DNA of 64,000 nucleotides from Microthyrium microscopicum (Eukaryota): NCBI GenBank assembly GCA_010405405.1, contig MU004241.1, positions 917,373 to 981,372 of the forward strand, read 5' to 3'. Shown piece by piece: positions 1 to 12,290 of this stretch (position 1 is its first letter; each line of letters starts with the position of its first letter). The notes under the pieces were generated by a model. It saw only the letters and a program-made list of their open reading frames with translations, ran no database searches and was not told where the DNA came from. The position numbers and the translations under genes were made by a program.

Positions 1-1126
1 ACGCCAGTCAAAGCAGATACTGCTCTTTTAATGAACGGCGCTAGTGCTTTGTCCACCCATATCATGAGCGAGGTAATGACAGGAGTTCTATCATCCCAGT
101 CAACTCCCATCCAGTTTGATTGGACGAACTGAACAATAGCTTCTTCAATTGCACGAGCAAATGCACGCACTGCTGGACCATCTCCAAGACCAACACCTCT
201 CAGATTCTCGAAGAGTTGCAACAGCTTGAGACTAGATTCGTAGTCGATATCGTACTTGGCGTCGTCCTCATGAAAAGATTCAGTGTGTAAGCGGAATGTC
301 CGAGTGCACGATCTGAGAGTGACTTCCGTAAGACCTTTGTAAAAGTTGTCTCCGGGTATGCTGTCTATAAAGATCGGATGCAAAGATTTGGATAGTTTGT
401 TACGGAGTTTCGCTATCACCCCCGATAGCTCATTTTGGTCATGCATTGCGTTTCCTTGTTGGAAAGCAGAAACCAACGCTGGAACCATATATTCGGTTAC
501 TGGAAATGAATAAATCTGCTGGCTATAACTTAGAATTTCACCAGTTTTTTGCAGTCGAGGTATAATATTCTCGAGGGAGTGCTAGACATATGGTTAGATG
601 AACGCTCATTCTAGTAATAGAATGGACATACTTTAGACCATAGTCGAGTTAGACAAGGTCCAACTACGTTGTGAAAGTCTGCGCGAATCGCAGTTGTGTA
701 CCATTCAACCTGATTTTATTAGCCACGTCGATTGCAGCGACTGCACGAGCTTACGATGTCTTCATCTGGACCCAATCCTTCCGGCCAGTCCAGCAACAGG
801 AGCTCCAGCGATGCACCAATACCTCTTGGGGCATTATTGGAGATCTTTCGAGTAATTTGTTGCACACCATCAGCCGATAGCACTTCCTCTGAGAGAGCAA
901 CATTTTCAAGAAAACGTTTGCAGTCACTAATGGCAGTAAGTCTTTTTGAGTGTGAGTTCTCATCGGCTTTGAGAGAACCTAGAGTGGCTTGTGGACCGCC
1001 AAAGGATTCTCCTTCGGATGAGAAGCCCAACTGTGGGGTAGAGAGCGGCGTGGGCGCCGTCGACGACGGTGAAGGGAATAGAGAGTCGAAGGCAGCCATA
1101 CTGGTCCCACCTACTATGGTAGCCAT
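1..1126 (-). CDS. APC2: Anaphase-promoting complex subunit Apc2 (cullin family), 5' part; gene runs off the left edge
   Basis: N-terminus AFDSLFP..TPLSTP.LGF...GESFGG. After introns at ~709-753 and ~582-631 the frame reads VEWYTTAIRADF and LRGVGLGDGPAVRAFARAIEE...VDW, as in fungal Apc2 N-termini. Confidence 0.75.
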
Positions 1127-2056
1127 AAAACAATAATCCTCAATTCAACTGCCCCATATGCTCGAAATCCACGCAAGCTCTAACGGGTTCATGGATGGAT
1201 GCCAGCCAGAATTCTGATAAAGTTGTGTCCAGCCGTGGAGAAAGTTCGTCGAAGTATGCAGTGCTGAAGCCTTACGAGTTGGCAATAAGAGGCTACAAGA
1301 CGATCTTGGGTGTTTCCTTATATTCAGCAATGTAGGTCGAGCTTGTGTGAATTTCGAATAGATCCTTAGACGCGTCTGATAAACTCGCGATAGGCGCGTG
1401 TTCACGTGTCAAGGAAGTGATTCTCAACTTCTGCGCTTGTACCTGCCCAATCTGGTATCTTGTTTAGCTTTACAAAGAACCTCCTTTCTTTGACATGCAC
1501 CACGTTTTCACCACGCATCAAGAACTGTTGGCGCCAAGTAAAGACGGGATTCCTTTCTCAGCTCATTTTCAAAACGATAGAACACTAACATGCAAAAATT
1601 GTGCAGACGGGGCGCCAAAGGCAGCGCGATCGACTCTAACAACATCTTGATCTGCACACTAATACGTAGTATCGGACGATAAAACTGGTGCTTTTTTTTA
1701 TTATGGCCAGGCCAACGCCAAATCTGGAACAGCCTTTCAAGGCCAAGTTGATTGTTCTTGACGTTGAAAGTGCCAATTACGTTGAACCAATAATCATGCC
1801 AAAGAAATCGTTGCGATTGAATTCACAAAGCAAAAATGGCCCGTAAATGGCTTTCTTTGATCCAAGTTCCGATACTTCCTTTGTTGAAATCCCAAAAGCA
1901 TCCATGATGTGTATCAATCTCGTACACCTGTACTTCTCGGGTAGCCTTTACCCTTCGAATATATTATTCTTTTATCAATACTCATTCTCTGAGCAACACT
2001 CCCAGACTCTGGCGTCAAACATCACGATCTTTCTCCATATCAGCAAGTTGTAAAAC

Positions 2057-3096
2057 ATGCATTCTTCTACCTTTGTGTTGTCTTGTGTGCTGGCGATGGC
2101 AGTGACTGGACAGAATCTTCAGTACGAGGACGATAGAACCAACGGTAACAATCAATTCGCTGCCACGATCGTCGGCGGCTCTCAACCGACAGAAGCTGCA
2201 GACAGTAGCACTAGCACTCAATTCCCAACCGATGTTGGCGGATACCAGTCGACGGACGTTCAGCCAACAGAAGCTGCGAATAGCAACAATGATGATCAAT
2301 CCGCAAGTAATGGTGGCAGTTATCAACCGCAGACAGAAGCTGCCGAAAACAATGATGACGATCAACCTGAGGCTCCTGTTACCTACAACGGTAATGGTCA
2401 TGGTAGCTACGGCTCGGGCGCAGGCTCTGGCCTTGGACATGGTAGTCATGGATCTGGCTACAACTATGAAAAGCAGCCAGGCTGGTACTCGGGTTCCATT
2501 GAGGATTGGATTGACTCTCATTGGGGTCCCCATAAACGCTCGAATTCAGCAGAGCAGCACCCTAATGCTGCAGAACATAAGCATCAAATGACAGGGACCA
2601 CTTCCAGCTTTAAAACGCTTCCTACTCAACTTCATAGCTTCCCTCAATTCCCCAGTCTCCCTACTCAATTCCCTACTTTCCCTACTTCATTGCCGGTTAT
2701 CCCTACATCATTTCCCAGTTTCCCTACTTCACTACCTAGTTTCCCTACTCAATTCCCCAACCTTCCAACCCAGTTCCCTAGCCCATTCCCTCCTCCCTCT
2801 GGACCAAGTGGCTGGTTTCCTTCCTGGATCAATCCTATGAATTACTTCAGGAGTAACAAGAAACGATCACGCAACGGAGATTTGACACCACCATCAGGGA
2901 GATATACAAGGCCCAATAGACCCACTCACCCAGATTGGCTAGAGGACTTTGTCTCTGAGCAATTGTCTCCCGGAAAGTTTGGAGTTCATACAACTTATTC
3001 AGTTGCAGTAACAGTTTCTGCTAAGTCTGAACCTACAGGTATGTGTATCTCTTTGTCTATTTTGAAACAAGCTAACCTTCTCAAGCAGCCGCATAG
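2057..3096 (+). CDS. Secreted low-complexity repeat protein (QPTEAA repeats, Gly/His patch, P-T/S-F-P repeats, dibasic KR sites)
   Basis: Signal peptide MHSSTFVLSCVLAMAVTG; long ORF; phase-1 intron 3039-3088 (GTATGT..GCTAAC..CAG) leads to stop TAG at 3094-3096. Confidence 0.7.
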
Positions 3097-3807
3097 GCTA
3101 ATCTCCAGCGCTTCAGACCCAAAAGCCTGCTCAACGACGTGGCAGTATCAGTCGATTGGGATCACATCGTCCACACAGCTCAATTGACAAATACATAGAG
3201 CAGTGGATGCTGTAAACGGCTTCAGAACGGAGAGGAATGTTCCCATAGGTATTCCTGACGTCGGAATCGTCGACCTTCTCATGTCCAACGATTGCCAGAG
3301 ATGAAGCAGCAAGTGGGCATGTGCTTGGAAATTCAGGGGCCAACTGTATAAAGATCTTCATACGAGTGTACTCTTTACAAATGTGTATAATTTGAGGAAG
3401 CATATAGTTGTATATCATATCTCTTCCTGTAAATATTTTAGTTATGTAGAAAGCCTTTGCTCATCTAGTGGATCTGAATTTCTGGTATTTTGAAACCTGT
3501 CCGTACCTATCTTTAGTATCCTCCATCAGTGCAAGAGAACTTCTAGTAGTCAAGCCTCCCGTAATCAACACTGAGTGCTTTGACATCAAGGCCAACTAGG
3601 GTAAGCGCCATAGAGAATGTTGTTGTTCAATAGCCAGTTTTAAAACGAGAACAAAGATGAATTTATCGGACTGTTTGGAAATGCCATCCACTCTACCTAG
3701 ATTGGAAGGTTCCATTTGCATGTAGTCAACTTCAACAAATAGTGTAAGAACGCCGACCGTGTAAATTGGGGTATCAATATATGCCCGTAACACCGTGATA
3801 TGCAATA

Positions 3808-6800
3808 CTATACTGTCGACCCGGCTGGAGCATTTTCTGTGTTTGGTGTCGCCGGAGTCGCAGGTGTTCCAAACGCCGCGCTATCAAAGCCATTCTGATC
3901 CAGTTTTTGGGTCCCGTTGAGTAAGGGACAAAGCCTATGAGAAAGTTGTTAGTGTATAGAGAAGAAAAAGGAGAATGGACCTGGAAGAATATAAACCATA
4001 AGAAGAAAATAGGTTGACAGGCTGACAAGAGCAAAAATAATGGGTCGAAGAAAGTTGAGTCGAAGAATAAAAGGACGCAAAAGAAGAATTGGTTAGTCGG
4101 GGGGGCCTTAGCCTAGAAAATCGTAATGGATCTGCAAACAACTATTGCATGTCCATTGACCGGGAGAGCTGGAAAAGCGGTAAAACATAAGGAAAGGAAA
4201 ACAAAAGAGAAAAATCATAACATGGACTTACTTCTTGTTGGTTTTAATGTGGCCAACCATTCCACAATTGGCACACTTTCGCTGAGTAGTACCACCACCA
4301 CGGTTACCTGCAAGAGAATCTGAGGGAGAGTCAGGCGTCGCAGGAACAACGCCGGATACCAGCTGTTTCTGCTTTTCTCTATGCTTGCGGCGTTCTCGTT
4401 TCTTCATGAGTTTATCAAGTTCTGCTTGAAGACTACCAAAGTGTTAGCAACCTCATCGATGTAGGTGAGGCGGGTACTTACTGTCGCTTCTGACGTTCAT
4501 CCTCTTCGTCGTTACCTGTAGGAACAAACTCTGCAATGCTAAAGGTACAGTTAGAAACATGTTCACATATGCAAGTTGGGGGCGAACATACTCTTTGTTG
4601 ACGAGATTAGCCTTTTGTCGACGGCGGAAGTACTGTTTGATGACAGCTTGATCGTAAATGATCTCTTCTATAAGTTCCTTCTTGCCGTTCTTCCCTCTAA
4701 AGGTACGCGAGATTTTCAAAGGTTTACCGCTTTGGCTGGCCGAGCTCATGCGACTATACTGACTACCGGTCTCATCGTCTCGTCGGCTGAAAGCTACAGA
4801 GGGCGTGCCAACTTCCGAGCGACTCGCCAAGCGACGGTCGGCTCGCTCGGATGCGACATCATTATCCTCTATACCCGGTTCAACATCTTCTGGTTCCTCT
4901 TTCGTAGACAAACTACGAGACTGGGCATCCCAGATACGCATGATAGCGTCTTCGTAGGCTTGTTGTTGTTTAGCAACATTGTAACTATGACCACCGAGTT
5001 CTTTGAGACGTTTCTGATCGAGCTTGTCATCGACGGACTCGCCAATTGCCTTAAATCCACCTTTCATAGACGTCTTGATAAAAGAAAAGGCTTCGCCACG
5101 ACCAGAAGGATCGCCTTCTCCATGAAGTTGCAACATTGCTTTCCCCTGAGAAGCGTTGATGAAATTCTTGGTAGTCTGCCAAGGAGCCAATTGTTGATCT
5201 ATTCCTTGCCCTTCTTTATCATCATCGTCCTCGGCTTCGGCGTTTTCACCTTCGCGGTTGTAGCCAACATCTTGTAGATGTCGGTCTCCAACCTGCATAG
5301 AGTCTAGTAAACATATATCTTCTGGCTTGATCCAGCCACGCATAATGTCATCTTCTGGGACGACATCATTCTCTTTGGGACCCCAAGAACTGACGACCTT
5401 GTCGTAAGCCATAAACTCGCGCATTTTGCCTCGATTCTGGGGGATGTCGGAGCCAGGCAGATGTTCCTTGATCATGTCGTTGCTTAGCCACGGTTGACGA
5501 GCATTTTGATCACGATTGCGTTTCCATATCCGCCAAGATATCATTCGAAGTCTTCGTTTTGCGGCTTCAGTTACCTTCCGAGAATGTGTTCCTGGGACCT
5601 CTGTTGCCGGAAACTGTTGACCAGAGACGTAGAGATTATTCATGTTGCGAAGAAACCAGCGAGTCCCCCCTACGCCTGTAGTCGATCGAATGCATAAGAA
5701 GTCCGTTTGCTTTGGCTCGTGTTTGAAGATTGGGGCGCGGTACATTCCGTTGTGAAAAGTCGGAACAATTGCACCTGGATCGACTTTCCCAAATATAGCA
5801 AAAGGGCTTCGATCTTGGGGAAGTAACACTTGAGTCTCGCCCATGTCCTCTTTTGGTCGATGGTGATCATTCTCGTCGATGCGGCGATAATAATTGATGA
5901 ATTTACTACCCATTCCGACATTCGATAGGGTAGTGGGATACTCTTCTGAATACTCCACAAATAACATGGTCGAGTTGTCGGCCATGGTCAAATCCGCAGA
6001 AGTTTGAAATATGGTTTGGGCATCTTTTCCTTTGTACGTTGCTTTTCGAACTCGCAAAAGAGGATCAAAACGGACTGGTCCATTGTAAGGGAAAGCTGGC
6101 GTGGGTCGGTGGAATGCTCTCGCTTCCTTGATGCTGAGTTTGACCTTGTAGAATGGGTACTGAAGCTTCGTTGCCACCAAACTGTGTTCTACATTGAGAT
6201 TACCCAGGTTGCTGCGTATCTTATTCGAATGGTTTTCCTTCAGCAGCTCATAAGCATCGTCATTGGAGAAATTGTACTTGTTTTCCATGGCTTTCTTGAT
6301 ATTACCGGGCGCCAGTCCGCGGCCGTCCAGTTTCTGCCGTATAGACTTGGCTCGAGAAGGCAGCTGCGGATGAGTATCGATCAATAGAGATGGATCGTTT
6401 AGGTCCAAATGAACTTGCTGCGCGATTTTTGCAGCCAGTTCCTCAGGGTCTTCGAAAGACTCAAAGTCGTCGTAGAATATTGGCAACGCCTTGCAGCTGT
6501 CAATGGAAAGTCGAACCATCTTGTTAGGAGGTTCATCAAAATGGTCCCCAGTCACGAGAGCAAGACGGTTGTCTGTACCTTCCCCGGAATGAACTGAGAG
6601 GTTATCCCAGTCCTCGCAGAGCATGCGGAGATCTTGGACGCTGACACCACCCACGATCTCATTGTCATCCAATTCTTCCAGCAAATCGGCCTCTTCCTCT
6701 TTGGTCGTTTCCTTCTTCTCCGGAGGTATTATGACCATGCCGTATTCCGTCAAGTCTTCGCGCTTGCGTTTGTGACTATGCTGTACATGTAGCTTGAATA

Positions 6801-7620
6801 GTCGCTCTTGGTCGGGCTCGAGGTCGAGGTTTGCTTTGTGGGGTTGTATTGGCTTAGGGGGTTTTGGTGTCTCTTTAAATGGATATGTTGCAAGCTTCTT
6901 TCGAAATAGAGCGTACCAGTGTGGAATCTCATTCGGATCAAAGCGTGGCCAAGTAACCTCAAATATATCCTGATCCACTTCCGGCGCTGCAGGAATATTA
7001 GCCGTCGAAGGATCAAGCATGCCTTTGTTCCGATAGTAATCGCCGAATAGCAGCATCTGGGCAGCCAACATCTTCTGTTCATGTTCTTGCGCTTCGGTCA
7101 ATGGTTCGGGAGGCTTCTCATAGTTGACGTCTCGAAATGCTGGTTTCGATGCTGTATCACCTAAAACATCGGTTTGATCGTTTGTAGCGGTAACATCGTC
7201 TGGTAGTGTCGCTTGAGTATCGCCGAAGAGATCTGCCAAAGGGTCGGAGGCAGCATCACCAAATAGATCGTCTAGTCCATCACCACCTTCACCCCCATCA
7301 CCAAACAGATCATCCAAATCACCATCTCCAAAAGTACTCGTCTCTTGGCCATTTGGAAGTAGAGCCGTCGCACTATCCTCCTGGGCAATTCGGTTACGTG
7401 CTTCTTCTGTAGGCGATTCCTCTTCGGGTAGCTCATCGTCGCTAATGTCCTCGTAATCAACAGCATCATCGGCTTTGTCACCAGGAATTAGAGGGCGTTC
7501 GGTGAGGTTGTTCATGAAGTCCTCTTCTCCAAGCACGCGCGCGATGGCTGCATCATCGTCTTCTTCCGCCACGAGCGGGGCCTGAGCAGGCTGCTTGTCG
7601 TCGTCGGTCGCGTGAGGCAT
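3808..7620 (-). CDS. TAF1: TFIID subunit TAF1
   Basis: Core motifs EYSEEYP, LHGEGDPSGRGEAFSF, GGHSYNVAKQQ. Three 3' introns (~4531-4591, ~4434-4481, 3935-4231) give the zinc knuckle RKCANCGMVGHIKTNKKLCPLLNG and stop TAG at 3808-3810. Confidence 0.95.
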
Positions 7621-8523
7621 TTTGACGAGTAAAGCTCTAGTTAGAATGAAGAAATCGGACTATTCTAGCTGGGACAGGCCCGAAAGGGAGCGATATGTGA
7701 GGTCTAAGACGATGTGTATCCCGTAGCACTGAAGATAGATTATGCTTTGCGCATAGCTTTCGAGTATGGCTCGATGCGCCAAGTTCGGAATCAAAGGTAG
7801 TGGCAGTTGAATCAAACACGTCTTGATAGAGTCATAATGGAAGGGCTTAGTGGAAGGTGTTGGCAGGATACGGGTTGAGCGGAGTGGGAGAAAGTAGAAA
7901 GTAGCTTTAAAGGTTGAGAGACTGGTTGAGGTGACTGGGAGGCCTCGCCTGCAGTGAACTTTCGAGGTTGCGATTAGCGCGCGTCTGCAAGCACCTAAAA
8001 GGCAGGCCTAAGCGCAAAACCTTGCCATGGCTCTTGCAGTTTCAACTACCACGCTACCTCCCTACCTACGATTACTCAGTCATTCATCACAGTTTCTTAT
8101 GTGCAAGGGGACCCTTTGAGCTTCGGAAGCGATGCACGACAATAGGTTCCAAACAGACTGGCAAAACACTGACGCCTTCCCATCGACGGTGATGGCTTCG
8201 GCCAGCACTACTCATCGGAATATGATCGCATTCGATGATTTATCAGGAAATGAGCGTCCTCTATGGCGATCAAAACACTCAATTTGACATCACAGCATAG
8301 TGGATGGTAGATATCGCGTGGAACGAGATCACTGCTACTTATTTCGTTGGGTACACATAGATGATGACGAAGCGCCTTTATTAAACCTTGAACAGAATTT
8401 TCTTTCGAGCAACTACATGAATAACAAACCCTTTGAAGCACGATTCAAGGGCGGTTGATGGTGAGGAATACCTCTGTGGCTAAACATAGCTGCCTATGTC
8501 CTATGCCGCACCACCAAAGCAAC

Positions 8524-9125
8524 TCAGACCCAATGATCGGTAAGGTGAATGACCAAGTCAGGAGTAGTATTTCCCATGACGCCAATGGAGCCTGTTGAAA
8601 GTGTCAGATCTGGAGGAAACGCAACCTTTTCCTGAGAATGAGGAATGCTTACCACCGTTCAAGCCACAAGTTCCAAGCAGCTGCCACAACCGACCAGCAG
8701 CCATGCCACATTTCGTAGCCAGCTGGACGCCACGGTTTGGCCATGAGACTCCGGTAACGTAGACGCCATTGTTGGAACAGAAGTGTCCATCTGAGTCCGG
8801 GCCCTCGCTCCTGATAGCAGTTAGTTCAAAAGAGCTCCAACAAGTATGCAAGAACACTTTACCAGCAATCCAAGTCAGCACGTTCAGGAGCGTTCAAGAA
8901 GTCGTAACAGCCTTCAATATCTGCTAGCTGGAGTGAGGCGGAGTTGCAGATGGTACCGTAGTCGTTGGCTGTAGTGGTGTTGCGGGCGACTAACCATTAA
9001 GTGAGCAAGTCTGATGATTCACAAGCGAGACAATGTGCCATACCAAGTTCGTTGGCAGGAATAGCGGATGCCATTCCGAATCCAACCACGGTGAGAATGG
9101 TAGCGATAATAGCTAAGAAGCGCAT
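8524..9125 (-). CDS. Small secreted cysteine-rich protein (4 exons, ~145 aa, 6 Cys), effector-like
   Basis: Manual splice: MRFLAIIATILTVVGFGMASAIPANEL/VARNTTTANDYGTICNSASLQLADIEGCYDFLNAPERADLDCW/SEGPDSDGHFCSNNGVYVTGVSWPNRGVQLATKCGMAAGRLWQLLGTCGLNG/GSIGVMGNTTPDLVIHLTDHWV*. All three introns are GT-AG and the frame stays open. Confidence 0.8.
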
Positions 9126-9715
9126 CTTGATGGTAGAAGTTGTAGTAATCGGTTTTGAAGTGTGTAGGTCTGAGAGAGGCTGGAGAGTGAGAATATGTTT
9201 GTGGTAGAGAGAAGAAGAAGTGGAAATATTTCGAGTGCGAGCTTAAGTACGCCATGCTTTGACATCACGCTATGAGGCACTTGAATGTTGAAAGAGTGAC
9301 CTTTTGGTCTGGAATGTTCGAGCAGCTGTTGACTTGCTTCGAACAGGCGAAGGACAATGAACCATTACTGAAATTGGCATAGCGAGACGAGGATGGTCAT
9401 CAACGACCTGTTAGTCTCTGTTGCCAATTTTGTCACGTCCCTGGTCTCACTCCTCAACTTATCAACTGCTTCACAACGGAGATAGAACATTGCTCCAGAA
9501 CATACAACCTGCAACGAGTTGATTTCTTATGTTAATGTCTCCGTATTTGTGAGCCAAGCTGTGATGATAACGTGACAGCTTATTGCTGTCTTCAGAGAAT
9601 AGCCTTCACTAGCCAATATGCGAGGTAGATACCCGTCAATAGCACGATAAGAATGGTTCGATTAGGAATTACCTGGGTTATCTACCCATGCGGTACGAAC
9701 AAAGGAGGAAAATCT

Positions 9716-10683
9716 CTACTCCTGGATAGCGGTTTCGGCTTCATTTGCCCCGTTCTGTAATGGATAAGAAAATTCCCCAACATATGCGCATAGAGCCTAC
9801 AAAAAGGTTAGCCCCAATCGATACCTCAGTATGCACAATATCTACCTTGCTGGCCCCTTTCATGCAATAGTGAATTATGGGCATTTCCCTATCTGCAGAG
9901 GCGTATTTGACTAGCTGATTCAAATTCGAATTCCGAGGAAGATACAGGACGATATCCTTTGTAACTTTGGCGAAGTTCGAATAGATATGCTCGATGCTGT
10001 AAGGTTCCATCTTCTTCAGATCAAAGATGGTGGTGTCTGTATACTGTGGCCCTGTGATGAGATCAGTCGGGATTGCTCATGGCAAGTTCTTGACATACCT
10101 CCCCAGGGTGGACTGGCAAATATAACATAATTCTTGCCCACACCCTTGAATCTCGCTTTCAAAACATCGAAGCAATCTCCTTGAATCCACCAGATCTTCT
10201 TGCTCACGCCGTATATTTCTGCGTTCCGCTTTCCGCACTTGATCACCTCTGGGTCCTTTTCAATGGCAAAGACCTGATCCCAACGGCCTGATCGTGCTAG
10301 AGCTATTGCGCTGCCACCAGCACCACCAAACGCATCTATGATAGCTGTCTTGTGTTTTGGAGCCGCTAAGGCTATGTGCGCCGCGATCTTTCTGTTCAGA
10401 GTAAGATTATGGGGTTGTTGTTATTTGTATCTTGACTCTTACCTCGCCACAGGCTCAGGTGTGACACCAAACCATGCACTTTTGGTGAACATTATACCGT
10501 CATCGTATAGAGAAAATATCAAATATCTTTGATGCCAGTATCTAAACAAAGTTAGCGCAGTCTTGAGTGTTTAAGATGAAGATCATACTTTTGTAGCTCG
10601 TATGGCATTTCATCCATGTTCTCGTAGTGCTGTGCCTTTTCCGCATCTTCCTCCTCCATTTGCGCATCCTCTTCTTGTGTCAT
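9716..10683 (-). CDS. TGS1: Trimethylguanosine synthase (RNA cap hypermethylase), multi-exon
   Basis: Motifs KYWHQRY..FSLYDDGI, WFGVTPEPVA, IIDAFGGAGG, VIFASPPWGG, LYLPRNSNLNQL. Confidence 0.93.
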
Positions 10684-10912
10684 TTCTCCTTTTGGATATG
10701 AAAAGTCTTAAGAAAATGGGTCGAAGAGCGGTAGGAGAGTTGAAATGGAGGAATGGTTGGAGTACATAGTTAAAGTACCAGGAGGGCTTAGCGCCATTCA
10801 CTCCTTCAACTCTTTGGTTGAACCTTCCACGTTTGCAACCCGCTTCAACCAACAAAAACAGCACCAACATCAAATTTTTCGGTTGCGACTTACCAATCAA
10901 TCCGCAGATATC

Positions 10913-12044
10913 ATGTTTGGAGCGTTGAATAGATTCATTGGCCGACTGGATGGCGAGCCGCAAGCGCAAACAGCGCCGCATGGAGCAGCAGGCTTCCAAA
11001 TTCTTAGAAGTACCAACAAGGAACTGGCGTTGGAGCCGTGGTTTGATTTTATCATTGGAATCAACGGCCGGACTCTAGTACGCTCTAAGCTTTCGCGAAT
11101 CGACGCGTTCATCGCTTACAAAATTATAGGACAACAGCGATCCAAATTTGTTCGCTGCAGAGGTGAGGAACTGCGGAGGCTCAACAATAAGTCTTGGCAT
11201 ATGGAGCGCAAAGGTATGATATATGACCTTTTCATAACTTCTGAAACTAAACTATATACAGGGCCAAAAGATAAAGGAGATCTACGCACCTATACCCGTT
11301 GAATCGCCATCTCTAGGCCTCTCCCTGCAATGGGCGCCCCTCAGCAGTACCGAAGATGTTTGGCATGTACTGGAAGTGGCACCAAACTCACCCGCAGACA
11401 AAGCCGGTCTACTTCCATACGGCGACTACATCATCGGCAGCCCTGAAGGTATAGTTCGCGGAGAGTCTGGCCTTCCCGAGCTCATCGAAGATGTATGTTT
11501 TTCGTACCCGCATATAAATATCCACTAATCTGAGCATCAGTTCCTGGATCAGCCACTCAAGCTTTTCGTCTACAACCACGAGTATAACGTAACTCGTCCC
11601 GTCGAACTAAGTCCTTCGCGCCATTGGGGTGGCCAAGGAGCTCTTGGCTGCACGCTGGGCTTTGGTGCCCTGCATCGCATTCCTGCACCGCTGGAAGAGC
11701 CACCTCATGGACCTGGAGAGACTATGTTCGACACATCGCTTGACGAGAAGCAGGCTCTGGCAGCCGCGCCCGCTAACACAGACTTTTTGGTCCCAGCAAA
11801 CATGCAATTCGATGCGCCGAAAGCGCCTGCTGGCCCACCTGTGGCTAAACGGGAGCGCAAGGTACGGCATCATGCTTCGCCCAATGCAGAAATTGACGAG
11901 TACTTTCGCGAGGGCGAGCAGAAAAGTAGGGAAGAGGACCACGCGCCATCTCCCAAGCCGGGAGGACCTGGAGTTCGCCCACCACCGCCAAAGGTTGGAC
12001 CGCCTCCAAAAGCAGCGAGTCCTGCTGCGAAAGAATCAGAATAG
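10913..12044 (+). CDS. GRH1: Golgi reassembly stacking protein (GRASP55/65 homologue)
   Basis: MFGALNRFIGRLD amphipathic N-terminus; LEPWFDFIIGING, WHVLEVAPNSPADKAGLLPYGDYIIG, WGGQGALGCTLGFGALHRIP; Pro-rich tail; introns ~11078-11129, ~11214-11261, ~11494-11540. Confidence 0.93.
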
Positions 12045-12290
12045 CTTGTATTTGAGATAGCATTTGTAAAAATACAATTCTATGTTACAGAGTGGAATAT
12101 ATGTACTATATTATATATGCGCTTAGATAGCAATCTTGGCGCGGAAAAGTGACAAGTCCTTTTGTACTGCAGCAATACACGGTGTTCTGAGCACCTTCAT
12201 TTTCTCCGTAGCTTTATGATGGACTCACGTGCTGTCCTGTCGCCACGTCTCACCTCCAATGCGTATTGATCCGCCTTCGGCATTTTGATT

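Noticed and set aside
4576..7481. Short ORFs overlapping TAF1, and similar ones over MSD1, RRN9 and ILV1
   Set aside because: Shadow ORFs of well-supported genes.
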